Assembly: GCF_030684315.1 (NCBI RefSeq)
Contig: NC_081365.1
Span: forward strand, 70,488,898 to 70,552,897
Direction of reading: 5' to 3'
DNA: 64,000 nt
Source of the DNA: Stegostoma tigrinum
Taxonomy: Eukaryota
Made by a program: the position numbers and the translations under genes
Notes under the pieces: model-generated
Database searches by the model: none
Seen by the model: only the letters and a program-made list of their open reading frames with translations
What the model was told of the DNA's origin: nothing
Part shown: positions 52,940 to 64,000 of the stretch, piece by piece
Layout: every line of letters starts with the position of its first letter
Numbering within the stretch: position 1 is the first letter of the stretch

Positions 52940-53222
52940 GTATACAGTCACGCAGCACAGAAACAGACCCTTCGGTCGAACTCGCCTGTGCCAACCCGAC
53001 ATCCCAATCTGACCCAGTCCCATTTGCCAGCATTTGGTCCATATTCTACTCGTGTCCAAGTGCCTTTTAAACATTGTAATTGTACCCACCTCCACCACTT
53101 CCTGTGGCAGCTCATCACATATAGGCGCCACCCTCTGCATGAAAAAGCTACACCTCAGGTCCTTTTTCTCACTATCCCCTCCCACTTTAAACCTATGCCT
53201 TCTAGTTTTGGACTCCACTCCC
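52940..53222 (-). mobile_element. CR1 3' fragment
   Basis: ORF 52841-53257 GVESKTRRHRFKVGG..FFMQRV..ELPQEVVEVGTITMFKRHLD. Confidence 0.85.
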
Positions 53223-53884
53223 TGCCAGCATGGCCTGCTGGGAGATGACATGGTCAACGGCTCTGCTTTGCTTTCAGAACCAAAACCATCTCCTTCCTTA
53301 CCAAACTCACCCAGACCCCTCTGTCATCGCAAACAACATCCCTCTGTAGATTTTGAACAGGTTATAACTTCGCTGATGCATGCCTGTTTTGTTCACAATG
53401 CTCTGTTCCAATCCATTGGGTTTGTACCATTGATTGGCCCTAAGTTCAAGTCGCACCTCACGCTGACAATCATAAACCGTAATAAGCACCAACTTGCTTT
53501 TGGAGACTTGGCCTAAACCTAAACACAACCTTTTGTTTCTATAGTTATCGTCAGGTCATGTTAGCAACTGCAAAAGGATCAGACCATTTGAAACATTCTA
53601 CTGCAACATACAGTCTCATCGTACCAGCTCAGTTAATGCAACGCCTGGTATCACTGTTGTATGCTGGACCAGAGGAATTTAGCGACTGTTGGTGAGGGCA
53701 ACTTCAATCTTCTTCAATATGACAGCCCAGCCAAACACTGGGCTGGTTCACACTGACCAAACAAGACAGCACTGCAGTCCAGAACCAGTTAGAAAACTGC
53801 AGAAACCATTCCATTCATTGTGTTAAAATCTGCCGTTCTCTGGAACTGGTGAAAAAGAATTCTTCTGCCTGAGCAACACACAAA

Positions 53885-54480
53885 CAGCAGCAGGCCATTC
53901 CGCCCCTCGAGCCTGTTCCACCACTCAATAAGATCATGGCCGATCAGTGCCCTAACTCAGTCTACCTGCACCCATTGTTGTTCATGAAACACAGCTCCAA
54001 ATATCTACCACCCTTTGTGTTTGTAAGCACTTCCTAACACCTCTCCTGAACAGTCTGGACCTAATTGTTAGACTATGCTCTCCAGTTCGCGAATGCCCGA
54101 CAAGTGGAAATCATTTATGTGGATGCTTTCTGGCCAACTTGTTCAGGTATGTTATTACACAATTCTGGAGAAGGTGGGACTTGAGCCTGTGGCTCAGAAG
54201 TGGAGATCCCCAGTCTTTTCCTATTATCTTGAAGACTTTTATTAGGCCACCACTTCACCTTCTAAATCCCAAAGAATACAGGCCTGCTTTGTACAATCTG
54301 TCTTCATCACTTAATCCCTCAAGTGCAGGTATCTTGAAAAGCCATGTTGTACTCCCTCCAGGGCCAATATATCTTTCCTAAGAGATTGATGCCCAGATCT
54401 GCTCACAGTGCTCCAAGTGGGGTCTAACCAGGGATTTGTATAACTGCAGCATAACTTATACTCCAGTCCTCTGGATATAA
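53885..54480 (-). mobile_element. Decayed CR1 fragment with a short tRNA-derived SINE insert (about 54128-54205)
   Basis: gcaggccattccgcccctcgagcctgttcc tail; gctccaagtggggtctaaccaggg (PHLEHC in antisense). Confidence 0.7.
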
Positions 54481-56922
54481 AGTTTTCTTTATCCTATTTT
54501 CTCTGCACACTTGGATCTTCTCCCATTTCATAACGTTTGTTCCATTTTCAAACAAAACAACTTATAATTAGCTTGCAGTTTTAACACGGTAAAACATCCC
54601 AAGAGACTTCACCGAAGTATCGTAAAGCAGAATTTTGTGAAGTTGTGACCAACGGTGACATTGGGGCAGATGATTAAAAGCTTGGTCAGATCGGAGTAGA
54701 TTTTCCCTGAAAAGATGCAGCGGTCTCTGCCTCTGCCACTTCCTCGGACACAGCGATCAATATTTGAGCAACCTTCTGCTGTCAGTTAGTTGGAGAGCTG
54801 GCCTGCGATGTAGAGGCATGGGCTCCATTCCTGCACTGGCTGAAGCTACCATAACATTGCTGCCTTCTCCACTTTACCCTTTGCCTGGGATGTGGTGACC
54901 CCTGGGTTTAAAATAGGTTCTCTCTCTCTCGGTTTCTGACGGAGCAGCCCTCTGCTCCTCTGGCACTATGGCAACTTTCACCACTGTGAAGGTATTTCCT
55001 TTTGCCATTGAGTAACAATCCTAGATTACCAATTCCCCTACTTGGATCATTACAGACTGCCAACTCTATAGCTTCAGCAAGGACTTACATCTTTTCAAGA
55101 CCTTTATTCAGAAGATCATTGCTTTTATTGAGAATACTCGGTCTCACTGTGTCCTTCTGACTACGACTTCTCATCCGTGCAGTCATTCTGGTAACACTGG
55201 TGTTTTCATTTCATATTGTACCTTCTAGACTAGCCCTCAGAAAACTAAATGCGTCCAAAGCAATGGAATGAACAAATTTATCACCATTTATTTAATCTTG
55301 TACCCAACTCCCCAATTTAAGAAATCTGCAAGTTGGTTGCCATTTTTCTGTCGCCTGTCTGTACCCACTCTTCCAAAAAATTGAGAGAGAACACATCGAT
55401 CTTTGTTCAGCAAGCCACACCCTCCACTGTCCTCTGCCATCTCTCATTCTCCTTCCTAAATGTATTACCTCCAACTTACCTAACAAATGCTCATTCCTTC
55501 CAAAATCTCTTCCACCACACCACTCCCCTCAAAATTTAATCAAGCTTATCCATTGGATACTGGAAGAAAATTTCAAAATTATGCTCCCTATAATGAAGTC
55601 CAAAGCCATATACACTGGATTTAAACTGGGGTATAAGGGAACTCAAACTCAATTTTTTCTGTCACCACAAAAATAGGCAAACTAGTCAAATAAAGGTATC
55701 TAGCAGACTATATATATGAATTAACGTGCTGTGTATGTGTGGATTCAACTTTGATCCCAGACTGAAGCAATTCCAACCCTTCTACAACCTGGCAACAAGA
55801 ATTTACCTCAAATTGTCCTTTATCTATCAATCAACCTCATACAATTGCTGGTGTACTCTCACTGACCACAGTGGTCAGTTTAGCAGTGGAACTAAAGGAC
55901 ATATACTGATCAGGACATACTCCCCTGTTCCTATTAGAACGGAATCACCTGCAAAAGAGGTAGAAACTCAACGCAACACCATCCAACAGACAAGAGCTCT
56001 GACAGGGTAGCATTCCCACACATTAACTCCAGTGTAGCTTCACCTGGATTTTGCGCTCAAGTCTCTGGTGTGGAACCTGAATCCAACTCCTCCGCTCTCA
56101 GGTGAGGCAAGGTTGACCAGTCATCTCCTGGTCATCAGAAGTGGGCACTCAAGGCTTCCACACAAATAGCTCTGAAACATCTCGAAGGTCAGCAGGAGTA
56201 GGGCGAGTTCAGTTGGAAATGAAAGCGGCTTTATTGTGCGTTGAGGTGAGACAGAAACAAGGCCAACTAGTACAATCTGTGTCCTCACTTCAATTAACAC
56301 TACTGGTTTACGTGGTCGGAAGTAAAATAAAAACGAAAGCATGACCATCTTTGACAAAGTGAGTCATCTTACATAAGTTCAATCATTCCTCTTCGCCCTT
56401 TCATCTAGCCCTAGGGCTCAACCTTTTCCCTTCACCATCTGACTGCTTATCTTCAAAAAGCAGAATGGTCAAACAGACTAATCACAGCAAGAACAGAGTC
56501 CAACATCTTCACCTGGCAATGACTCAGAGTTTGATTTTTGTTCAAACAACATAAACACGACAGCAATGTGACAGAATAGTTTAAAATTTCAAAAGGATGG
56601 AGTCGAAGCTGACTGTTCAGAGCACTCCACCAACAGACAGGGAGGAGAGAATACTTGAGGCTTAAAACAGAGAATTAACAGAGAATTCTTCATGCATTAA
56701 GATTTGGGGAGCTGTGGAGTGCATATCAAGGTTTAATAGTTCAGACAGAAACCACAAAGTTTAGATCAGATCACTGAGTGAAAGGAGGGATTGAAGGAGC
56801 ACATGAACTGGAAAATAACTAATGACATGGAGTGCATGGTACAAATGACCATTTCCATGGTTTCGATTTGGAGACTGAGATTGCCAACCAGCATTGAATC
56901 TGAACAGTCACTGCTATATCAA

Positions 56923-57792
56923 GGTGCAGAGCTGGAGGAACACAGCAGGCCAAGCAGCTACAGAGGAGCATGAAAGCTGACGTTTCAGATCTGGACGCTT
57001 CTTCAGAAAGTTGGTGGGGGGGAGGGAGGGGGGCAGAGGGTTCTGAAATAAATAGAGAGAGAGGGGGAGGCGGATAGAAGACAGGTCAAAGAGGCGGGGA
57101 TGGAGCCAGTAGAGGTGAGTGTAGATGGGGAGTTAGGGAGAGGATAGGTCAGTCCATGGAGGATGGACAGGTCAAGGGGGTGGGATGAGGTTAGTAGGTA
57201 GGAGATGGGGGTGGGGCTTGAGGTGGGAGGAAGGGATATAGGTGGGAGGAAGGACAAGTTAGGGAGGTGGTAGAGGGAGGGGAGCGTTTGAAGCTTGTGA
57301 AGTCCACATTGATACCATTGGGCTGCAGGGTTCCCAATGTGGATTTCACAAGCTTCAAAATCTCCCAAACCCCCACCGCATCCAAAACCAGCCCAGCTCA
57401 TCCCCGCCTCCCTAACCTGTTCTTCCTCCCACCTCAGGCCCCACCCCCAACTCCTACCTACTAACCTCATTCTACCCCCTTGACCTGTCCGGCCTCCCTG
57501 GACTGACCTATCCCCCTGCTAACTCCCCACCTACACTCACCTCTGCTGGCTCCATACCCGCCTCTTTGACCTGTCTGTCTCCTCTCCACCTATCTTCTCC
57601 TCTATCCATCTTCTATCCGCCTCCCCCTCTCTCTCCCTATTTATTTCAGAACAGCCTTCCCCTCCCCCATTTCTGAAGGAGGGTCTAGGCCTGCCTTCCT
57701 GCTCCTCTGATGCTGCTTGGCCTGCTGTGTTCATCCAGCTCTACACCTTGTAATCTCAGATTCTCCAGCATCTGCAGTTCCTACCATCTCTG
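56923..57792. mobile_element. Long fold-back PLE family A insertion (two inverted ~410-460 bp arms)
   Basis: Arms are homologous to 48975-49446 and switch orientation at about 57335; TSD ctgctatatcaa at 56911-56922 and 57793-57804. Confidence 0.9.
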
Positions 57793-58289
57793 CTGCTATA
57801 TCAATTGGCTCAGATGTCCCATCTGAAACAGAATACATGACCAAAAACCATGTTGCCCCATAACTTTAATGACTTAAAAGCAAAACAAAATTAATTAGTT
57901 GCACTTTTAACATATATCATACCCAATCGTACATTGGTTTTAAATCCATTATTATGTCCGAATTTCCTCAGAAACACAACACCATCCAGTAGATGTTTCC
58001 ATAGATCAGATTTTTAACTAGAACACTAGATTCAGGCCAGGCAAATCTCAGGATTAGACTGTTTCAGAATTCTACTGAATGAGAAACATGTTTTGGGATA
58101 CAAGTTGAATATGAGACTGTCGGGATGAAACAATTTTGCACTGCCTCCTGGCTGTCGCTCAACCTCTCAAACACTGATTATTGCAGGTAATCCTGGTCCC
58201 TCACTCTCCCTCTTCTCTTCAAATTCCTCCACCATCTCCCCTCATTAGCATCCTCCAGGTTGAAAATAATCCAAGGATGTCTTGTTCCT

Positions 58290-58870
58290 ACAAGTAGGGT
58301 CAGGAGAAGGCCTTTCAGCCCTTCCAGCCTGTTCCGTCATCCAACGAGGTCATTGCTGATCTGTGGCTTAACTTGTATACCTGCCTTTAGTCCATAACCC
58401 TGACATTTCTGTTCAGCAAAGGCATAACCTTTATCAGATTTAAAATTAAAACTAACAACTGATCCAGCATCAACTGCTGCTCGTGGGAGAGAGAGAGTTC
58501 CAAACACCTCCCACCCTTTGTATGTCAAAGTACTTCCAAACACCTCTCCCAAATGGTCCGAACATAATTCTCAGGCTATGCCCCTAATTCTAGAATCCCC
58601 AACTAGAGGAAATAGCTAATTTTTTTAAAAAATCTATCCTGTCTTTTCCTGTTCATATTTTGAAGGCTTCAGTCAACCATCTGAATTTGAGAGAAAACAG
58701 GCCAAGTTTGTATAATCTCTCCTCATAACCTAACCTCCAAGTCCAGGTATCATTCTAGTAAACCTACATTGTACTCCCTCTAAGACCAATACATCCTTCC
58801 CAAGGCATGGTATCCAGGCCTGCTCACAGTACTCCAAGTAGGATTTTGAACAAATGCAGCATAACTTCTG
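58290..58870 (-). mobile_element. Decayed CR1 fragment
   Basis: ggcctttcagcccttccagcctgttcc tail; CR1 ORF2 C-terminus in antisense. Confidence 0.75.
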
Positions 58871-59559
58871 TATCTCTGTCCTCCTGCTTGATCATTTGTT
58901 GCACAAATCCAAATATCACCATTTTGTCCAAGCTTTCAGTCACCTGCCACAGTGTTTCATTTTATGTGGTGTATTGTTCTGGTTTGAAGTGTCTTAGGAC
59001 ATTTCATTGCATTAAAAATGCTATACCAGTGTACACATGGGAATGACACACATTGCTACAACATGCCATAGTAATGGCGTCAAGGTAGACACTGAGGCAC
59101 AGCTCATGCATTTGATCTTGCTGAAGAACTGGAGCATTGCCCGGTACAGATATCACCCATCGGCTGGACAGTCAGATAAAGTGACAAGATGGAATTACAC
59201 ACTGCCAATACCCACACACAGGACGCTACACTTTTACAATAACACGCTGAGGAATGGAGTATCAAAACAATTGACGGGAAACCTCCACAATCAGCTTTTC
59301 TCTGGATTGCCATTCGCTAACCAATGTATCATCCAGTGCAACAATTCCAAAGCAAACAGCGAAAAAGGTCACATTTCACTTTCTGTTTGTCTGCCGTGTT
59401 ACAGGAGAACGGCGGGGAATTCACAAAGCTGCTGTTGGTAGAGTAAAAGGAGAAATTTGAGAGGGAGGACAAAATAAAACTTGCATCTTTCATAACCTCA
59501 GGACATTCCAAAATATTTTACGATGAATGAGGTACTTTTGAAGTGCAATAGTTGCTCTA

Positions 59560-61740
59560 ATAGAGTCATACAGCATGGAGACAGCCCCTTTGGTTCAGTA
59601 GTCCATGCAGATCATGTTCCCAAACTAAACTAGTCCCACGTGCCTACTCCTGGCCCATCCCTCTATAAACCCTTCCTATCCATGTACTTCTCCAAATGTC
59701 TTTTAAATGCTGTAACTGTACCTCCATCCACCAATTCCTGTGGCAGCTCATTCTGCACACTAAGCACTCAGTGAAAACGTTGCCCATTGTGTCCTTTTCA
59801 AATCTTTCACCTCACACCTTTAAAAAAATACTCCCCCTAGTTTTGAATCCCCTCACCCTAAGAAAAGACCTTTGCCCAATAACAAAAGTCCCAGTGTTTC
59901 TTGCCTCTCCTTATAGCTCAAACCCTCTATTCCTGGTAACATTCCAGTAAATCTTTTCTGTGCCCACTCCGATTTGCTAATATCCCTCCAATAGATCGGC
60001 AAGCAGAACTGCACACAGTACTCCAGAAGAGGCCTCACCAATGTCCAACCAACATGACGTCCCAACCTCAATAGTCATAGCAATAGAAGATGTGCTAAAT
60101 GCTTTCTTAATTACCCTATCAACCTGCCATGTATATTTCATAAAATTATGTAACCAAACCCGTAGAACTCTCTGTCCTACAACACTACCCAGGGCCCTAG
60201 CACTAACTGTAATCAGTCCAGCCCGTGTTTGTTTTACCAAAAGGCAATACCTCTCATTTAACCAAATTAAGCTCCATCTTCCACTTCTCAGCCCATTGAT
60301 AATTAATTAAGGTGTCTTTGTAATCTTCGATAACCTTCTTCACTGTCCACTATATTACCAATTTTGATATAATCCACAAACTTACTAAGCATGCAACCCC
60401 AGTTCTTCCTTTACCTGCAAACAATCTACTCCAATCAACTTCTGGAGGTTTTTGTCTCATATCATGAAAATTTCACTGACTCGAATCAAGAATTTGAATG
60501 CTTATAGAAGATTTATCCTTTTCCATGACGATGTTAAAACAAACAGAATTATGATCACTAGTCCCAAAGTGTTCCCCTACTAACACTTCAGTTACTTGCC
60601 CTGCCTTATTTCCCTCTCTAAGTACATTTGGGTATCGATAAAGAAAATTTCCTTCAACAAATTCCTCACCGTCCAAGTCTTTAACATTATGGCAGTCCCA
60701 GCCAATGTTTGGAAAATTAAAATCCCCTACTATTGCAATCCTATTATTCTTACAGCTATCCAAGCTCTCTCTACATATTTCATCCTCAATTTCCCTGACT
60801 ACTGGGGGCCTATAGTACGATCCCATCAAAGTGATCATCCCTTTCTTATTTCTACCCATAGATTTTCACTGGGTGATCCATCAGAAATATCCTACTTACA
60901 GTCGTAATGATTTCCTAAATCAAAAACACCACTGCCCCCGCTCTCTTGCCCCACTTTCTACCCTTCCAATAGCATCTAAAACATTGTCTAATGGTAGCGG
61001 CATGGCATGGGGCTGTTGTTGCCCGCAGTGGGACTGTAGCAGCAGAGAAGGAAAATTGTGCTGTTTAAGTTATCTTACTTTATGTTTTATTTTAAGTAAA
61101 TGTGAATGGCTCCAAGCATGGTGACGGTAGACACTTTTCACTGTATTTTGTTCTGAATGCACGTGATAATAAATGATTCAATTCAAACCCAGAACATGGA
61201 GCTGCTAGTCCAGCCCTCCCTTCAGCCAAGTTTCTGTAATAGCTATGACGTCCCAGTCTCATACTTGCATACATGCCGGGAGTTCATCAGCCTTACTAGT
61301 AAGACACCTCACATTGAAATAAATGCGTTTTAATTCTTCAGAGTTACTTTGTCCTCTGATTTGCTCTTGTCTGCCTTTACTAATTACATTTCGGGCCCAA
61401 AGCGTCAGGTTTTGTGCTCCTAAGATGCTGCTTGCGCCTGCTGTGTTCATCCAGCTCTAAACTTGGTTATCTCGGATTCTCCAGCATCTGCAGTTCCTAT
61501 TATCTCTGATACCCTCTTAATATATGTTTCATTTTTAGTACCCAAGATCTGACTGCCACTTCTATTTATCCCTTCTACAGTACCCAAAATGCAGTATCTG
61601 TTTGAGAGGAATAACCACAGCTGACTTCTAAACTAGTTTCTTACCTTTTGAGTCACCCATCGATCTGACTGATCCTGCTGTGTACCCACCCTCTAAATTC
61701 ACTAACAATCACACATCCGTGTCTTGAATGCCCTCAGTAA
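59560..61740 (-). mobile_element. CR1 LINE, internally deleted (APE region + 3' end), with nested inserts
   Basis: ORF 60473-60859 YYRPP..IVGDFNFPNIGW..GTSDHNSV; ORF 59853-60071 LVRPLLEYCVQF. Inserts at about 60985-61185 (Rex-type tail) and 61390-61512 (PLE family A). Confidence 0.85.
61390..61512 (+). mobile_element. PLE family A terminal fragment
   Basis: cgtcaggttttgtgctcctaagatgctgcttg...ctccagcatctgcagttcctattatctctgatac. Confidence 0.8.
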
Positions 61741-62879
61741 CATTAAACCCATAAAAAAGGTCTTAAAAGCACTTATATATTAAAAAAAAACTAGCCTTCC
61801 TTACCCACAGATTTTAATCTTAAGCACGCAAAAAAAAATTTAAACATTTAAAATGTTTTTAAAAGTCAAGCACTTAGCTGAAACTCTCATCAACTTAAAA
61901 AAAGCATCAAGTCCTCCATCAGCCAGATTTTCAAATCTACAGGTAAACAGGGAAAAAATAATCTCTCTCTCCAGAGCCATCAAACGAACACTTGGACAGG
62001 CCTCTCCCACAAGATCCCTGTAAACAGCAATCTCTCCTCCTTCCCATATTTTTTTTCCATTTTCTTTTCGGGCATTTTTTTCGGAATTATAAAAATCTCA
62101 AATGGAAAAAGAATCCCTCTCCAGGTCGACATACGACAATCGCAGGGAGGCCTCTCTCACAAACCCTCATCTTCACAGATTTTTTTCTATTCATTTTGTT
62201 CGTGGTCTAAAGTCCCAAAAAAAAATTTAAAATAAAAATGTTCTGCTGCTACTATATAATAACCATAAGAAATCCACAAAAGGAATGCCTACAACCTAGG
62301 CGCAGCTACAAGATCTCATTCCACCTTTTCTTTAATTGGAAAACCCATTTTGACACAACAAGATCTCACAAATATTCAAGAACAATGAATTTGTTTTTGT
62401 GATTCCTTCCCTGAAGCGTGAAACAATACAGGATTGGAACCTCAGCTCTCAGTCAAAGAGGACATAAAGGCTGCGAACTGACTATTGAAGACAGTAGGTG
62501 GAGGAAGGGATGGAATTTCCTCATATCTGAAGCCAAAGACATTCCATCTTGAGAATGTTTAGCTGGAGGAAATTCTGATTTACACATTAGGAATGGAATA
62601 GGCTACTTGGCCCCCATTAGCCTGCTCTACCATTCAAAAGATCGTGGCAGAACTGAATTCCACACATTCCCACTACCCTGACGAATTCTCGATAGAACGA
62701 CCGAGTGAAAATGTACTTGTGCCTGCCTTAAAAATATGCAAAAGGCTATGCTTCTGCCATCTTTTGAGGAAGGCACTTCGAAAGATTCACAATCCTCACA
62801 AAGAGGTGGTTTCACCAATGCCCCCTATAGCTGAAGCACAATGGTCCCACTTCTGGATTGAATACACCTTGTGATAAAT

Positions 62880-63008
62880 ATTTTCTCATCAACCTGTTCA
62901 GGGTTGTTAATGGCACACCTCTGGAGCAAACGGGACTCGAACACAGGCCTTGGAGCTCAGAGGTAGGGAGTCTCCCACTGCACCATACGGTGTCAGTTTT
63001 GTGACACA
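62880..63008 (-). mobile_element. Short tRNA-derived SINE unit (related copies at about 17195-17270 + and 54128-54205 -)
   Basis: tggtgcagtgg A-box-like, gttcgagtccc B-box-like, gctccagaggtgtg...ctgaacaggttgat body. Confidence 0.65.
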
Positions 63009-63045
63009 CTACAGTCCTCCACTTTACCAGCTGAGCTATCGGAGG
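63009..63045 (-). pseudogene. tRNA-Tyr(GTA) 5' exon-derived fragment
   Basis: CCTCCGATAGCTCAGCTGGTAAAGTGGAGGACTGTAG versus vertebrate tRNA-Tyr 5' exon CCTTCGATAGCTCAGCTGGTAGAGCGGAGGACTGTAG as I recall it (34/37); no 3' exon follows. Confidence 0.8.
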
Positions 63046-63563
63046 ACAGCATTCCCATCATGATAAGTAGTAACATCCTGTATACATTCCTAATTATTTG
63101 CTGTAACTACAACCATAAGTTTTGTGATTCATGCACCAGGACTCCCAGGGAGCCCTCTGTATTCCCCTCTCCATTTAGGTAATATGTTGTCAAAGTGGAT
63201 AATTTCACATTTGCCCCCATTATGCTCCAGTTTACAGGTTCAGTTCAACTGTCTATATTCATTTGTAGCCCCTTTTCTAGTCCCATTCATGGTTTATTTG
63301 TTTTATTATCTTTGTGTCGTCAAATTTAACAATATCTTCAGTCCAATCATCTAAGTTCTTCATATGAACTGTAAAAAGTCCAAGGCCAGAAGTGATTATT
63401 GCCACACTCATTATATCTGGCCAACCAAATAAAACCCATTTATAACTACTGCTTTTCATTAACTGGTCAATCTTCCATCCATGCCAGCATGTTACCCCAT
63501 ACCATGAGCTGTTATCCTCTGCAATAACCTTTGATGTGGTACCTTATCTGATGCCATACACAG

Positions 63564-64000
63564 TGTGATGACCCTAGCTGATAGTAATACTGGACAAACC
63601 AGGTTTCAGAGTGAAACCTGGCTCAACAGACTGTCAGTTTTATTTTTGCAATTTAGTTACTGTGGTCAGTCACCGAACACATTCATACAGGCTGTCAATG
63701 CAATTTCAACAAAACAACAAGTTTATTATTGCAAAAGAATAGGAAACAACAAAAGTTCTATATATAAAAAAAACCATTTGGAAAGATCTTATCTTTTCGC
63801 TGTTAATTATTCAACCCTTTTTCTCAATAATGGTCTTTACTGACAGTCAAACCCAGCAACATACTACTCCCATCTTCACTCAACCGAAGAGGTGATGTTT
63901 CCCTTTCAGTGACTTCCTGCACATTGACCAGACATGATTCTCTCTGTTACCGTCTCTCCAAGGTATACACTGATGTCAGCAAACATATTAAACTCTGAGA
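63564..64000. mobile_element. Possible LTR-like element edge, truncated by the window end
   Basis: Starts tgtgatgaccc right after the CR1 break; antisense AATAAA at 63722-63727; internal hairpin ccaggtttca-gag-tgaaacctgg. Confidence 0.3.

Larger units (their letters stand above)
62590..63560 (-). mobile_element. Decayed CR1 fragments
   Basis: ggctacttggccc tail; IVKFDDTKI motif in ORF 63277-63459. Confidence 0.65.

Noticed and set aside
2755-61512. Recurring ~35-bp repeat as a CRISPR array or as DNA-transposon TIRs
   Set aside because: Dispersed rather than regularly spaced, eukaryotic context, variable 10-16 bp TSDs, asymmetric ends and identity to the PLE pLTR at 49383-49446.
63009-63045. 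Functional tRNA-Tyr gene
   Set aside because: No matching 3' exon or acceptor-stem complement, and three substitutions in the 5' half.

Overview
Non-coding, repeat-dominated vertebrate DNA, almost certainly from a shark or ray (inferred from HE1-type V-SINEs with CR1/HER1 tails and Deu-domain SINEs). I could not confidently identify any host protein-coding exon. Every recognisable ORF is a retrotransposon remnant: CR1-group, Tx1-like, Rex1/Babar or Penelope-like (PLE) GIY-YIG. The most distinctive content is a dense set of PLE derivatives from at least four sequence families, each carrying a minimal type-I hammerhead ribozyme (HHR) core (CTGATGA-extra nt-helix II-GAAA-CGTC/CGTT). Many are short, TSD-flanked, fold-back insertions; one is a perfect 94-bp-arm palindrome with an intact HHR core on both strands. 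A direct-repeat PLE has its 5' end exactly at the predicted HHR cleavage site. Other oddities are a 185-bp non-TE-looking inverted repeat with an internal micro-inversion (19.06-20.10 kb) and a SINE headed by an exact tRNA-Tyr 5' exon. Boundaries of old repeats are approximate and family names were not checked against a database.
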